Positions 41,153 to 52,425 of a stretch of DNA of 64,000 bases are shown piece after piece. The stretch lies in the NCBI GenBank assembly GCA_017654125.1, contig JAFNYX010000002.1, positions 6,188-70,187 of the forward strand, written 5' to 3'. The DNA comes from Alistipes sp. (lineage in GTDB: Bacteria > Bacteroidota > Bacteroidia > Bacteroidales > Rikenellaceae). The notes beneath the pieces were generated by a model. It was given only the letters and a program-made list of their open reading frames with translations, did no database searches and was not told the DNA's origin. Every line of letters begins with the position of its first letter. Within the stretch, counting starts at the first letter, position 1. A program made the translations under genes and the position numbers.

Positions 41153-44005
41153 TTGAAACAAAAAGGGTTAAAATATTTGCTTTCTCTGCTCGTTGCTCTC
41201 GCAGCAATCGGGTCGTTGTTGGGTGGCACGCAGCCAAAAAATCTCTCCGATGAGACAATTTCCGCTGCATTTACCGCTTCGCAGGACTCGGTCGCTCCGG
41301 CCGTCGCTGCTCGTGACGAGTTGCGCCCGACGGCAACCATAGCCGACGGCAACGCTCTCATCAAACCCGATAGCGCAGTTCGTCGTTCGCGCAGCCGAGC
41401 AGCCGAGAGAATGGCTTCACGTCGTCGTTCAGCCACTCCGCAAAACGATTCGGTACGACCTGCTGCAATTCCGGACACGATGCTGAAAGCAGGCATAGCA
41501 CAAGCCACACAGCAACAACCACGAGCAAAAACCAGCGGATTGGACGAGATAATCGAGGGTAAGAATACCGACTCACTCTACTACGACGTACTCAACAAGC
41601 GCGTCTATATCTACAATCAGGGCGACATCAAATATGCAGACAAGAGTTTGCAGGCAGACTTTATGCGTATCAATATGGACAACAAGGAGATATACGCATA
41701 CGGCAAGCCCGATACGGTTGACGGTGTACCAGGCAAGACCCACCCCGTATTTACGGATGGCGGTTCGTCATACACGATGGATACAATCACCTACAACTTC
41801 GACTCCGAGAAGGCTCTCATCCAGGGCGTAGCAACACAGGAGGGTGACGGTTGGCTGGTCGGTGGACGAATCAAAAAGATGGCCGACAACTCCATCAATA
41901 TCCAGGGTGGTAAGTACACCACTTGCGACCATACCGAAAATCCGCACTTCTATTTGGCGATGACCAGAGCGAAGATTATTCCAAACAAGAAGGTTATCAC
42001 CGGTCCGGCATATATGGTCATGGAGGATGTGCCGCTCTATTTCCTCGGCATTCCGGAGGGATTCTTCCCTATCAGCACGGGAGCAAAGTCCGGATTATTG
42101 ATGCCAAGCTACGGTGAAGACGCCTCGCGAGGTTTCTTCCTACGCGGTTTGGGCTACTACTTCATCCTCGGTCCACACATCGACCTTGCGGTGACGGGCG
42201 GCATCTATACACTCGGCTCGTGGGAGATTCAGGCATCGTCGCGTTACACCAAACGATACAAATTCAACGGCAACCTCTCGTTCGACTTTTCGAGCGTAAA
42301 GACCGGTGACAAGGGCGAGCCGGACTATATCAAGCAGAACAACTTTAAGTTCACGTGGACGCACTCGCAAGACCCGAAAGCAAACCCCGGTTCTACATTC
42401 TCCGCCTCGGTAAACTTGTCGAGCAGTGGCTATAACAAGTATTCGGCGACGACGCTCAACGATATTCTCTCGACACAGACCAACTCCTCGATTTCCTACT
42501 CGAAGAGTTGGGCAGGAACGCCGTTCTCACTCTCGATGAATATGGCCATCTCGCAGAACTCGCAAACCAGAGCCCTGTCGGTAACATTCCCGAACATCGT
42601 ATTCAACGTTGCCCGCATCTATCCATTCAAGCGCAAAGAGGCGGTTGGCAAACAACGCTGGTACGAAAAGATTTCGTTCACCTATACCGGTAAGCTGACC
42701 AACTCTGCAACGGCGCAAGAGAATCAGATATTCACAAAGGAGACTCTCCGCAACATGAAGCACGGTATCGAGCATACGCTGCCCGTATCGGCAAGTTTCA
42801 CGCTCTTCAAGTATATCAACATCTCGCCATCGTTCAACTATACGGAGCGTTGGTACTTCAAGCGACAGATGCAGGAGTGGAATCCGGAGACCAATACGGT
42901 CGATAAACTCGACCCGGAGTATGGTTTCTGGCGAATATACAACTACAATGCATCCGTTTCGGCCAACACGACCATCTACGGTATGTGGCAAATGAAGTCC
43001 AAGACGGCAAAGGTGCAAGCCGTTCGCCATACCATCACTCCGAGCATCGGCGCATCGTACATGCCTAATTTCGGCAAGCAAAAGTACGGCTTCTATAAGG
43101 TCGTGCAATCCGACTCGCTCGGCGGCCATACAATCTACTCGCCATACTCGGACAACGCATTCGGCGTACCGGGACGAGGCGAGGCGGCTTCGATCAACTT
43201 CTCGCTCAAACAGAGTTTGGAGATGAAGGTACTCTCGAAACGCGACACATCGGGCGTCAAGAAAATTAAACTTATCGAGGACCTCTCCATCAGCGGCTCG
43301 TACAACTTCCTCGCCGACTCGATGGGATTGAGCAACCTCTCGCTCGCCTTCCGTACGACCATCGTCGGCAACTTCGGTATCAACCTCTCGGCAACAATCG
43401 ACCCATATGAGGTTACACCGCAGGGTGTACGCTATAACAAACTGATGTTGCGTCGCGGTCTGCTCGGTCGCGTCATCAGCACCGGTTGGAGTTTCGGTTA
43501 CACATTCAAGTCGCGCCAAAACAAAACACAATCAGCCATAAACGATATCAACACCATCCCGCCGGAGTACTTTAACCCGTTCTCCGACCCATACGGTCTG
43601 ATGGACCCGACACTGCGAAGGCAGTATATGGCACAGACATACTATGACTTCTCGATACCATGGAACCTCGGTTTCAACTATGTCATAAGCTATGGTATTT
43701 CGTACATGAACAACGGTACGACCGGCTACAAGCGAAACATCACACAGACAATCGGTATCAATGCCAGCGTAAACCTCACGCCGAAGACGGGAATATCCGT
43801 AACCAGCGGTTTCGACATACAGAACAGAAAACTGACTACAACCTCCATCTCCATCACGCGAGATTTGCACTGTTGGCAGATGTCGTTCGTATGGATTCCG
43901 TTCGGCACGCACAAGAGTTGGAGCTTCAACATCGGTGTCAAGGCTTCGTCGCTCGCCGACTTGAAGTACGATAAGAGTCAGTCGATGTACGACAACCTCT
44001 TCTAA
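41153..44005 (+). CDS. lptD: Putative LPS assembly protein LptD (Bacteroidales type)
   Basis: Signal peptide; YTTCD...PHFY, aromatic-rich beta-strands and RDLHCW near the C-terminus. Divergent from the amidase gene, as is typical in Bacteroidales. Confidence 0.85.
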   Translation: MKQKGLKYLLSLLVALAAIGSLLGGTQPKNLSDETISAAFTASQDSVAPAVAARDELRPTATIADGNALIKPDSAVRRSRSRAAERMASRRRSATPQNDSVRPAAIPDTMLKAGIAQATQQQPRAKTSGLDEIIEGKNTDSLYYDVLNKRVYIYNQGDIKYADKSLQADFMRINMDNKEIYAYGKPDTVDGVPGKTHPVFTDGGSSYTMDTITYNFDSEKALIQGVATQEGDGWLVGGRIKKMADNSINIQGGKYTTCDHTENPHFYLAMTRAKIIPNKKVITGPAYMVMEDVPLYFLGIPEGFFPISTGAKSGLLMPSYGEDASRGFFLRGLGYYFILGPHIDLAVTGGIYTLGSWEIQASSRYTKRYKFNGNLSFDFSSVKTGDKGEPDYIKQNNFKFTWTHSQDPKANPGSTFSASVNLSSSGYNKYSATTLNDILSTQTNSSISYSKSWAGTPFSLSMNMAISQNSQTRALSVTFPNIVFNVARIYPFKRKEAVGKQRWYEKISFTYTGKLTNSATAQENQIFTKETLRNMKHGIEHTLPVSASFTLFKYINISPSFNYTERWYFKRQMQEWNPETNTVDKLDPEYGFWRIYNYNASVSANTTIYGMWQMKSKTAKVQAVRHTITPSIGASYMPNFGKQKYGFYKVVQSDSLGGHTIYSPYSDNAFGVPGRGEAASINFSLKQSLEMKVLSKRDTSGVKKIKLIEDLSISGSYNFLADSMGLSNLSLAFRTTIVGNFGINLSATIDPYEVTPQGVRYNKLMLRRGLLGRVISTGWSFGYTFKSRQNKTQSAINDINTIPPEYFNPFSDPYGLMDPTLRRQYMAQTYYDFSIPWNLGFNYVISYGISYMNNGTTGYKRNITQTIGINASVNLTPKTGISVTSGFDIQNRKLTTTSISITRDLHCWQMSFVWIPFGTHKSWSFNIGVKASSLADLKYDKSQSMYDNLF

Positions 44006-44088
44006 ATGCCGGCAAAGGGCGACACGCACGCTGGTTCGGTACAGCATTTGTGCAAGTAGTATGCAGAGAGAATAAAAACACTTACTAT

Positions 44089-44706
44089 ATGAAAAAGGAA
44101 AACACTTATAACCAAGAGATTAACGAAGAGGAGAAGGTCTTCGCCGGCGAAGGTTGCCCATCGAACGAAGGTACCCCTTGTGACAATGTGGCAGAGGAAG
44201 CGCAACAGGCGACTGACAACGTGGCAGAGCCAACCGACGAAGAGCCACTCGTAGAGCCGGAGCATAGCGATGAGAAGGAGGAGGAGCAGATTGATTGGCG
44301 CGACAAATACATTCGTCTGCAAGCCGAGTTCGACAACTTCCGCAAGCGCACCCTGCGCGAGAAGATGGACCTTATCCAGACAGGAGGCAGCGACGTACTG
44401 AAAGCGATTCTGCCGGTACTCGACGATATGCAGCGAGCAATCGAGGCGTCGGAGCGAAGCGAGGATATTGCCGCGTTGCGCGAGGGCGAGCGTTTGGTCG
44501 AGAAGAAGTTCATCGACACACTGCGCCAGAAGAACGTCGTGGAGATTGAGGCAAAGGGCGAGCTTTTTGACGAGAATCTACACGAGGCGGTGGCTCGTTT
44601 TGCCGCAGGCGAGGAGAACAAAGGCAAGGTTATAGACGTCATACAGCGTGGCTACAAGTTGGGCGACAAGGTATTGCGTTTTGCCAAAGTTGTTGTAGGA
44701 GAATAG
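44089..44706 (+). CDS. grpE: Nucleotide exchange factor GrpE
   Basis: RLQAEFDNFRKR, LPVLDD, FD..LHEAV and GY.L.DKVLR.AKVVV motifs. Confidence 0.97.
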   Translation: MKKENTYNQEINEEEKVFAGEGCPSNEGTPCDNVAEEAQQATDNVAEPTDEEPLVEPEHSDEKEEEQIDWRDKYIRLQAEFDNFRKRTLREKMDLIQTGGSDVLKAILPVLDDMQRAIEASERSEDIAALREGERLVEKKFIDTLRQKNVVEIEAKGELFDENLHEAVARFAAGEENKGKVIDVIQRGYKLGDKVLRFAKVVVGE

Positions 44707-44715
44707 TTTTAGAAT

Positions 44716-45882
44716 ATGGCAGAAAAGAGAGATTACTACGAAGTGTTGGGCGTTGCCAAAAACGCCAATGACGACGAGATAAAAAAGGCGTACCGCAAGG
44801 CCGCCATCAAGTACCATCCGGACAAGAACCCGGGCGACAAAGAGGCCGAGGAGAAGTTCAAGGAGGCAGCCGAGGCGTACGACGTATTGTCGAATCCAGA
44901 CAAACGCGCCCGTTACGATCAGTTTGGCCACGCAGGAATGAGTGGCGCAGCCGGTGGTGGCGGTTTCGGCGGTTTCGGCGGCGGTTTCTCGATGGAGGAT
45001 ATCTTCTCGCAGTTCGGCGACATCTTCGGAGGTCATTTCGGCGGTGGCTTTGGTGGCTTCGGAGGAGGTGGCCGAGGTGGTCAGCGTGTGAATCGCGGCT
45101 CGGATATTCGTGTTCGCGTGAAATTAACACTCGCCGAGATAGCAGCAGGCACAACAAAGAAGTTGAAGGTAAATAAATATGTCGCTTGCGAAAAGTGCGG
45201 AGGCAGTGGAGCGAAAGACGCTTCGGGCTTCACGACCTGTCCGAATTGTAACGGCTCGGGTGTGGTTACTCGTGTAGAAAACACTTTCTTCGGTCGCATG
45301 CAGACACAAGGCGTATGTCCTTCGTGCGGCGGCGAGGGGCGCATCATCAAGGATAAGTGTGAGGCGTGCGGTGGCGAAGGTATCGTAAAGGGTTCGGAGA
45401 TTATCGAAATCAATATTCCGGCAGGTGTTGGCGAAGGTATGGCACTCACCGTTGCGGGCAAAGGCAACGCAGCGCGTCATGGCGGTGTGAACGGCGACTT
45501 GATTGTCGTAATCGAGGAGGAGCATAACGCACAACTCATGCGCGACGGCAATGACTTGATTCACAACCTCAACATCACCGTCACGACAGCTCTGCTCGGT
45601 GGCGAAGTCGAAGTGCCGACCATTGAGGGCAAGGCTAAGATAAGCATTGCGGCCGGTACACACTCGGGCAAAATACTGCGTCTGCGCGGTAAAGGTCTGC
45701 CGTCGGTGAACGGTTACGGTCGCGGAGACCTGCTCGTGGTAGTCGATATCACCATCCCGACTTCGCTCAACTCGGAGGAGCGGGCTCTCGTCGAGAAGCT
45801 CTCCACGATGACGCACTTCAAGCGTCCGGAGAAGGTCGAGAATCAGAATATCTTCGAGCGCATGAAGAGTTTTTTCAAGTAA
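44716..45882 (+). CDS. dnaJ: Chaperone DnaJ
   Basis: J-domain with HPD, a G/F-rich region and four CxxCxGxG repeats. Confidence 0.99.
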   Translation: MAEKRDYYEVLGVAKNANDDEIKKAYRKAAIKYHPDKNPGDKEAEEKFKEAAEAYDVLSNPDKRARYDQFGHAGMSGAAGGGGFGGFGGGFSMEDIFSQFGDIFGGHFGGGFGGFGGGGRGGQRVNRGSDIRVRVKLTLAEIAAGTTKKLKVNKYVACEKCGGSGAKDASGFTTCPNCNGSGVVTRVENTFFGRMQTQGVCPSCGGEGRIIKDKCEACGGEGIVKGSEIIEINIPAGVGEGMALTVAGKGNAARHGGVNGDLIVVIEEEHNAQLMRDGNDLIHNLNITVTTALLGGEVEVPTIEGKAKISIAAGTHSGKILRLRGKGLPSVNGYGRGDLLVVVDITIPTSLNSEERALVEKLSTMTHFKRPEKVENQNIFERMKSFFK

Positions 45883-45902
45883 ACGAAAACAGACGGTAGA
45901 GA

Positions 45903-46313
45903 ATGGGACTCTTCACTCCACATAAGAAACACGCCAACGCGTTCAACTACATCCCGCGCTACTACGACCCCGAGAAGGAGCGTCGCGAGCAGCGACGCAA
46001 AGAGTTGTGTGGCGAGGGCGCGACGGACGAGGGCGGCGAGTACAAGCCGGGGCAGTTCATCCGAACACAGCGCGAAGCACGCAATGCCAGACGCGAAACG
46101 GAACGTGCCGTCAGCGGCGGTTTGGGCTCGAAAATCGCACCAATTGCAGGCGTATTACTACTGCTTGCTATTATTTACATGATATATCCACGTGTGGCAA
46201 TGCTCTTCTCGAAAATGCACAACCCGCCACAGACGCAGGAGCAACTCGACATCGAAGAGTTTAACCCATACACACCGATTACCATCGTACCTAACGACTA
46301 CAAGGAGGAGTAA
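45903..46313 (+). CDS. Hypothetical membrane protein
   Basis: FNY.PRYYDP motif and one TM helix; tightly packed between dnaJ and mutL. Confidence 0.75.
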   Translation: MGLFTPHKKHANAFNYIPRYYDPEKERREQRRKELCGEGATDEGGEYKPGQFIRTQREARNARRETERAVSGGLGSKIAPIAGVLLLLAIIYMIYPRVAMLFSKMHNPPQTQEQLDIEEFNPYTPITIVPNDYKEE

Positions 46314-46319
46314 CACTAT

Positions 46320-48194
46320 ATGGCCGACAGAATAAAACTGCTACCCGAGATTGTTGCCAATCAAATCAAGGCGGGCGAAGTTGTCGAATCGCCGTCATCT
46401 GCCGTAAAAGAGATGATGGAGAATGCGATTGACGCCGGCGCGAGCACCGTACAAGTGAATTTCACCAACGGAGGTCGCGACATGATACAGATTGTCGATG
46501 ACGGATGTGGCATGTCGCCAACCGACGCGCGTATGGCATTCGAGTGTCACGCAACGAGCAAAATCGCTACGCTGGACGACATATATGCTCTGCATACGTT
46601 CGGTTTTCGCGGTGAGGCTCTCGCCTCAATAGCCGCCGTTGCGCAGGTCGAACTCATAACCAGACAAGAGGATGCGGAATTCGGCACCAAGACCATCATC
46701 AACGGCGGCGAGTTCGTCTCGCAACAACCCGTTGCAGCACCGGTCGGCTCGCAGTTCATCGTGCGTAACCTCTTCTACAACACCCCGGCACGTCGCAAGT
46801 TTATCGACAACAAGGAGAGCAAACTTACGGCCGCCATCAAGACGGAATTCCGTCGAGTGGCACTGTGTCATCCGGAGGTGGCTTTGGAGTTGCAATCAGC
46901 AGGCGCACCACTCTACATGTTGCCGCAGTCGAATCTCGCCGAACGAATCATCGGCATTATGGGCAAACAGATGAAGAGCAACCTGTTGGAAGTGGGCATC
47001 GAGACCTCGATAGTCAAAATCGACGGCTACATCGGTCGCCCGTCTGCCGCACGAGCACATGGAGCCGAACAATACATGTTCGTAAACGGTCGCTATTTCC
47101 GCTCGCCATACCTAAACAAAGCGGTGACAAAAGCGTACGAAAAGTTGATTCCGGATGGGGCTTCGCCTTCGTTTTTCATATACCTGACGGTCGATGCCGA
47201 GCGTGTCGATGTGAACGTACATGCCAAGAAAACCGAGGTGAAGTTTGCCGAGCAAGATGCAATATGGCAGATTATAAATGCCGCCGTACGCGAAACGCTC
47301 GCCAAGACGGGTGCCGTTCCGTTGCTCGACTTCGACAACGAATCTGATATTGAGATTCCTGTTGCTCGTCAAGGCGTCTATTACAATGAGCCTCGTGCAA
47401 CTACGCGTAACGACTACAACCCGTTTGCAATCGACAATGAGGAGAGTAACACATCAAGCTCGACAAGTCGTAGCGTCTTTGACGTAAATCATGATTTCGA
47501 AACATCGAATGCATACGACGATTTCGAATTTCCGCTATCGGGCACGATTGGAGGCTCAACATCGAGCGAATTTGAGTATATCGAGTCGCACGAGTCGGGT
47601 GAACAGTATCTCGAACTCGAATCACAGGCCGATGCCGAGTGGGCAGGCATCACGCATATCGGCGGTCGTTACGCATCGCTGACAGCTGGCGGACAACTCA
47701 TCATCGCAGACCTGATGCGCGCTCGTGAACGAGTGCTCTTCGACGGATATATGACGATGCTCGGTGGCGGCAAAAGCGTATCGCAACAGTTGCTATTTGC
47801 CGAGCGTTTGGAACTATCGGACGAGGAGTATGCTCTACTCGAAGAGTATGCGACAGATTTTGCCGCATTGGGCTTCGATATCGAGATGTGTGGCAATCGG
47901 GCAATAGATGTGCGTGGCATTCCGGCCGATTCGACAGCCGAGCGCATCGACATAGCACTATACGAGTTGCTGAAAACCGTATCACTCGCGCAACCGATAG
48001 CCGAGATTCGCAAGGAGCGTATGGCAATGACGCTCGCCCACAACGAGGCGTCACACAAAAGCAGTTACACACAGAGCGATGCCGAGCATATCCTCGGTGC
48101 TCTCAAAAACGCATCCGACCGCAACTACTCGCCTTCGGGCAAACAAATTCTCTCGGAGATGACTATCAACGAGATACAAAAACGTTTAGGATAA
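46320..48194 (+). CDS. mutL: DNA mismatch repair protein MutL
   Basis: NQI.AGEVVE.P, EN.IDAG, DDGCGM, HATSK, GFRGEALASI and DVNVH..K.EVKF motifs. Confidence 0.96.
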   Translation: MADRIKLLPEIVANQIKAGEVVESPSSAVKEMMENAIDAGASTVQVNFTNGGRDMIQIVDDGCGMSPTDARMAFECHATSKIATLDDIYALHTFGFRGEALASIAAVAQVELITRQEDAEFGTKTIINGGEFVSQQPVAAPVGSQFIVRNLFYNTPARRKFIDNKESKLTAAIKTEFRRVALCHPEVALELQSAGAPLYMLPQSNLAERIIGIMGKQMKSNLLEVGIETSIVKIDGYIGRPSAARAHGAEQYMFVNGRYFRSPYLNKAVTKAYEKLIPDGASPSFFIYLTVDAERVDVNVHAKKTEVKFAEQDAIWQIINAAVRETLAKTGAVPLLDFDNESDIEIPVARQGVYYNEPRATTRNDYNPFAIDNEESNTSSSTSRSVFDVNHDFETSNAYDDFEFPLSGTIGGSTSSEFEYIESHESGEQYLELESQADAEWAGITHIGGRYASLTAGGQLIIADLMRARERVLFDGYMTMLGGGKSVSQQLLFAERLELSDEEYALLEEYATDFAALGFDIEMCGNRAIDVRGIPADSTAERIDIALYELLKTVSLAQPIAEIRKERMAMTLAHNEASHKSSYTQSDAEHILGALKNASDRNYSPSGKQILSEMTINEIQKRLG

Positions 48195-48212
48195 CAAAAA
48201 AAACGCAACATA

Positions 48213-48824
48213 ATGAATCCAATGTTTCGCACACCACCCGTGGTGAAGAATCTCATTATAGCCAACGCATTGCTCTTTCTCGCAACGTGGCTTATTCCGT
48301 CGTTCAATACACTTATGGGCACATACGGACAACTGTTCTGGGTCGGCTCGCCGAACTACCATTCGTATCAGTTCATCTCGTACATGTTCCTGCATGGCAG
48401 TTTCAGCCATCTGTTCTTCAACATGTTTGCTCTGTGGATGTTCGGCCGCACTCTCGAATACGAACTCGGCTCGCGTCGCTTTCTCATATATTATATGGTA
48501 TGTGGTATTGGCGCGGCACTACTCCAAATGCTCGTGGCGTGGATTTCGAGCGAATACTACTTTACAATGCTCGGCGCGTCGGGCGCAGTGATGGGTCTGC
48601 TGATGGCATTCGGCGTAATGCATCCCAACGAGCAAATCTTCATATTCCCACTGCCATTCCCGATTAAGGCCAAGTGGTTTGTCGTGGGATATATCGTACT
48701 TGAACTCTTCCAGGGATGGGGCGGCATCAATGCAGGTGTTGCACACTTTGCACACGTCGGCGGAATGTTGTGGGGCTACCTGCTACTTCATTATTGGAAA
48801 AAGAGAGGCAACATATATTTCTAA
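48213..48824 (+). CDS. Rhomboid family intramembrane serine protease
   Basis: H..FNM..LW, GASGA (catalytic Ser) and AHVGG (catalytic His). Confidence 0.93.
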   Translation: MNPMFRTPPVVKNLIIANALLFLATWLIPSFNTLMGTYGQLFWVGSPNYHSYQFISYMFLHGSFSHLFFNMFALWMFGRTLEYELGSRRFLIYYMVCGIGAALLQMLVAWISSEYYFTMLGASGAVMGLLMAFGVMHPNEQIFIFPLPFPIKAKWFVVGYIVLELFQGWGGINAGVAHFAHVGGMLWGYLLLHYWKKRGNIYF

Positions 48825-48845
48825 AACGCTAAACTAATCAAGAGT

Positions 48846-49988
48846 ATGGCAGATATATACCGTAGCAGTATTTCCAGCAAACAGACTCGTCGTCGCAAGA
48901 GCCGACGAAGCAAATCGGTATTGCAGACTCTTATCGATGCATTCGCATTCGCACTGATGGCCGTGTTAATATTCGCGACCATCGTATGCCTTATAACACA
49001 ACACATTACGCCAGAGAAGATGGGCGTGTTGTCGGTCGTTGTACTCGCAGCACCAATCGTATATCTGCTCAACATCGTCATCATGCTCTATTGGATTATC
49101 CGTTGGCGATGGCGACCGGCCATAGTGGCTCTTATCGTATTTATGACAGCCACGCTCTCGCTCGGCAAATATTGCCACATAACGCTAAAACGTTCGTACG
49201 ACACGCCATACAACGAACGCCACTTCATCAAAACGATGACCTACAACGTGGCAAACGGCACAGCTCCGGGAATAGTGGAGTATATCAAGGAGAAGAATCC
49301 GAAAATACTATGTTTACAGGAATTCTTGTTCGATTACAGCAAAAATTGGGAGCAGCTCGGCGATAAATACTCAACAACAGCAGACGGAGCATACGACTTC
49401 TCGTGCGAAATCATATCGCGCTACCCTATCATTCGTCACGGCGAAATCGATTCAATCAGCCGATTCAACGGTGTGTGGGCCGATGTGCTTATCGACAAAA
49501 AAGATACGCTGCGTGTAGTAAACCTGCATCTGCAATCGACCTCCATACGCCCACCGGACACACAATTCATCGAGGAGCACGGCTATCTGCGCGACACGAA
49601 TCGCAGAGGTCGCATACACAGCATCATTACGCGTTTGGCCGAAAACAACGTAAAACGAGCGGCGCAGGCACGCCTCGTAAGACGCTTTATCGAGCAGTCG
49701 CCTGTGAGAAACATCGTAGTATGTGGTGATTTTAACGACGTACCATTGTCGTACACCTATCGCCACATAGCCAAAGATTTGAACAACGGCTTCGCCGAGG
49801 CAGGTCGAGGATATACATATACGTTCAACGGATTTTTCCGATTGCTCTCAATCGACTACCTGCTTACGAGCAACAACATAGAGGTTGTTTCGTACGAGAC
49901 GGACCACGAGGCAACATACACTGACCACTATCCGCTCATCGCACGACTCAAAATCATAAAACAAGAAGACAACGAAAACAAACAATAG
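48846..49988 (+). CDS. Endonuclease/exonuclease/phosphatase (EEP) family membrane protein
   Basis: Three N-terminal TM helices; MTYNV, LCLQE, NLHLQS, CGDFND, IDY and TDHYP motifs. Confidence 0.9.
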   Translation: MADIYRSSISSKQTRRRKSRRSKSVLQTLIDAFAFALMAVLIFATIVCLITQHITPEKMGVLSVVVLAAPIVYLLNIVIMLYWIIRWRWRPAIVALIVFMTATLSLGKYCHITLKRSYDTPYNERHFIKTMTYNVANGTAPGIVEYIKEKNPKILCLQEFLFDYSKNWEQLGDKYSTTADGAYDFSCEIISRYPIIRHGEIDSISRFNGVWADVLIDKKDTLRVVNLHLQSTSIRPPDTQFIEEHGYLRDTNRRGRIHSIITRLAENNVKRAAQARLVRRFIEQSPVRNIVVCGDFNDVPLSYTYRHIAKDLNNGFAEAGRGYTYTFNGFFRLLSIDYLLTSNNIEVVSYETDHEATYTDHYPLIARLKIIKQEDNENKQ

Positions 49989-49992
49989 AGTT

Positions 49993-50445
49993 ATGATTAT
50001 AGATTCTTTACAGAATGCCGAGTTGTACTACTCACTTAATCCGCGCCTCAAAGCCGCATTCGATTTTCTTGCACAGTGCAACGTCAAGACCATTGCCGAA
50101 GGCAAACACCAAATCCTCGGTGACGAGGTGTTCGTAAACGTGTCGGAGATGGATCTCAAACCACGCTACGAGGCAGCGCTCGAAGTGCACAACAAGTATA
50201 TCGACATACAAGTTGTTGTCGGTGGTACAGGCAAAGAGGAGTTCGGATGGTCGGAACGCAAAGATTGCAAACGTGCGAAGGGCGAATTTAACGAAGAGCG
50301 CGACGTGCAGTTTTTCACCGACGAGCCACAGCTCTTCTATACGTTGCGTGAAGGTCAGTTCACGATTCTTATGCCCGACGATGCACACGCGCCGATGCTC
50401 GGCAACGGCCACGTCAAGAAGATGATTTTCAAGGTACTCAAATAA
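49993..50445 (+). CDS. YhcH/YjgK/YiaL (NanQ-like) family protein
   Basis: MIIDSL, EVH.KYIDIQ and P.DAHAP motifs. Confidence 0.9.
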   Translation: MIIDSLQNAELYYSLNPRLKAAFDFLAQCNVKTIAEGKHQILGDEVFVNVSEMDLKPRYEAALEVHNKYIDIQVVVGGTGKEEFGWSERKDCKRAKGEFNEERDVQFFTDEPQLFYTLREGQFTILMPDDAHAPMLGNGHVKKMIFKVLK

Positions 50446-50476
50446 CACGAACGACAGACGTTTGTCATAGCAGACA

Positions 50477-50565
50477 AAAAGGGTGTTCCCGCAGTGGAGG
50501 GAGCACCCTTTTCATATTATTTACTTGGCGCAAAAGGTGATTTCGAAAAGAAATCACCTTTTCAA
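50477..50565. terminator. Two tandem hairpins between convergent genes
   Basis: AAAAGGGTGTTCCC...GGGAGCACCCTTTT and AAAAGGTGATTTC-GAAAA-GAAATCACCTTTT. Confidence 0.8.
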
Positions 50566-50574
50566 ACGCTCTAT

Positions 50575-52425
50575 TTATAATGCGTCAAACGCAAATACAT
50601 GCGCCTTCTCGCCGCCCCACGTCTCGGTAACAACCAGACGCAGTTGCTTGGTTTGAACCGGCTCGAACGACACCTTACGCAAACGCAGATAGTTGTTATC
50701 CTCCTCATAAACGGTCTTCCACTCCTTACCTACAAGAGCCTCGATACGATAGCCCTTCGTGAGCATCGACGGCAACTTAACGCGCTCGGTTGTCGCCTCC
50801 AACTTACGCATACGCTTGCTGCGCACCTTCAAGTCCGAGTCGAAAATCATACGCGCGCCACTGACCGTCACCGGCTTCTTCCATGTGTAGAGAATGGTCT
50901 GCTCCTGCGGTGCAACCCATACACCATTGTCGGCACCCTCCCAATTACGGTCGATACCGTTGCGTAGAACTTCAAGACCCTCATCAATCTTCGCCGAAGC
51001 TGTCAACTCCGAAATCGTACGCCAACGATAAGGCAACATCACATCGTCGTCCTCCAACATAGTTTGCACCTCAGCAATATGACTCTTATGCACCTCAGCA
51101 GGATCGACACCCTTTGCGATGGCTACCGCTGCACCCGTACCTGCGGCCTGACCAAGCAGTGCACAAGTTGCCATAACACGCGTAGCCGACAAGCCCATAT
51201 GCGTAGCCGAAATATCGCGACCGGCAAACATCAGATTCGGAACATTCACCGAATAGAGAACACCGAACGGAATACCGAAGCCCTGTGGAACGGCATACTC
51301 AACCGAAATACGACCCTTCTTGTGGAATGCATCCGGATGGTGATCGTCGAGCGTCCAACCGCCGTAAGCCACAACGTCCGGGAAGTGGCCACCACTCAAA
51401 ACATCTTGCTGTGTAAGAATGTGCGGGCCCACGAAACGGGTATTCTCGCGCTTGCCCGGAAGCGAACCTATCCAATCCAACTCGTAGCCCTTGCCACGGC
51501 CGTCCGGATGGTTTTTCATATACTCCCAAATACCGTAAACAATACGTTTCAACTCAAACTGAATATCGTTTGCATCTGCGATGGTATCGAAATTACCACC
51601 GAACTCGCACCACCAGAAGTTGTTGTCGTGCGGGTGATAGATACGCTTGTAGTTGAACTTCACGCCCGGGATGGTCGATTTCGGAGTATCATAATTGAAG
51701 TCGTCATCGGTAAAGTGGTATGCCCACTCCGGAGCCTTGAACGGCACATCAACATCGGTCTTACGCAACTGAATGAGAATCGAGTTACCCATCGTCTTTG
51801 CATCACCGCCATCCTGCAAATATGTCTCGTTAAACTCCACCGGAAGCTCGCGACCCTTGCGGAACTTCGCACCCGACAAACGAAGGATACCGTCTCCCGT
51901 ACAATCGGCGAAAATCGTACCGTTGATGGTATACTCGGTATATGCGTTTATATTCCAAGCCTTAACGGCCGCAATACGCATACCATTCATCACCACGTCG
52001 TTTACCGACGTATTGAGGAGAAGTTTGATATTCGGCTCCGACACAACGGTCGAATAAATCACATCATCCCACATCGTATAACGCTGCAACGGATTGTAGT
52101 AGAAGTTACGCAACTGCATCTCCTCCAAAATACCGGTCTCCTGCGTATCATCAGTCTTTGCACCTACGATACCCATGCGCATCTCGCTCGATGCATTACC
52201 ACCGAGCACCGGACGGTCCTGAACCAGGACAACCTTTGCACCATGACGTGCAGCCGAAACAGCCGCACAAACACCAGCCAAACCGCCACCACAAACAACG
52301 ACATCAGCCGTCAGTTCGACATGCTTTTTCACGGTCGAATTTTGCTCGGTTTTCATCTGCGCCAAGCCGGTAAATGGCATCAACCCAACGAGCATAGCCA
52401 CTACGATCTTAAAAATTGCTTTCAT
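50575..52425 (-). CDS. Secreted FAD-dependent oxidoreductase with C-terminal F5/8-type (discoidin-like) domain
   Basis: Signal peptide; DVVVCGGGLAG..AA.SAAR.G, LGGNASSE, DCTGDG, GKRE.TR and NL.FAGR.IS.TH....ATRVM.TC; C-terminal FEPV.T..LRL.V..TWG. Confidence 0.85.
   Translation of the reverse strand: MKAIFKIVVAMLVGLMPFTGLAQMKTEQNSTVKKHVELTADVVVCGGGLAGVCAAVSAARHGAKVVLVQDRPVLGGNASSEMRMGIVGAKTDDTQETGILEEMQLRNFYYNPLQRYTMWDDVIYSTVVSEPNIKLLLNTSVNDVVMNGMRIAAVKAWNINAYTEYTINGTIFADCTGDGILRLSGAKFRKGRELPVEFNETYLQDGGDAKTMGNSILIQLRKTDVDVPFKAPEWAYHFTDDDFNYDTPKSTIPGVKFNYKRIYHPHDNNFWWCEFGGNFDTIADANDIQFELKRIVYGIWEYMKNHPDGRGKGYELDWIGSLPGKRENTRFVGPHILTQQDVLSGGHFPDVVAYGGWTLDDHHPDAFHKKGRISVEYAVPQGFGIPFGVLYSVNVPNLMFAGRDISATHMGLSATRVMATCALLGQAAGTGAAVAIAKGVDPAEVHKSHIAEVQTMLEDDDVMLPYRWRTISELTASAKIDEGLEVLRNGIDRNWEGADNGVWVAPQEQTILYTWKKPVTVSGARMIFDSDLKVRSKRMRKLEATTERVKLPSMLTKGYRIEALVGKEWKTVYEEDNNYLRLRKVSFEPVQTKQLRLVVTETWGGEKAHVFAFDAL

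Noticed and set aside
44089-45882. grpE-dnaJ without dnaK
   Set aside because: This is the normal arrangement in Bacteroidota, where dnaK lies elsewhere.
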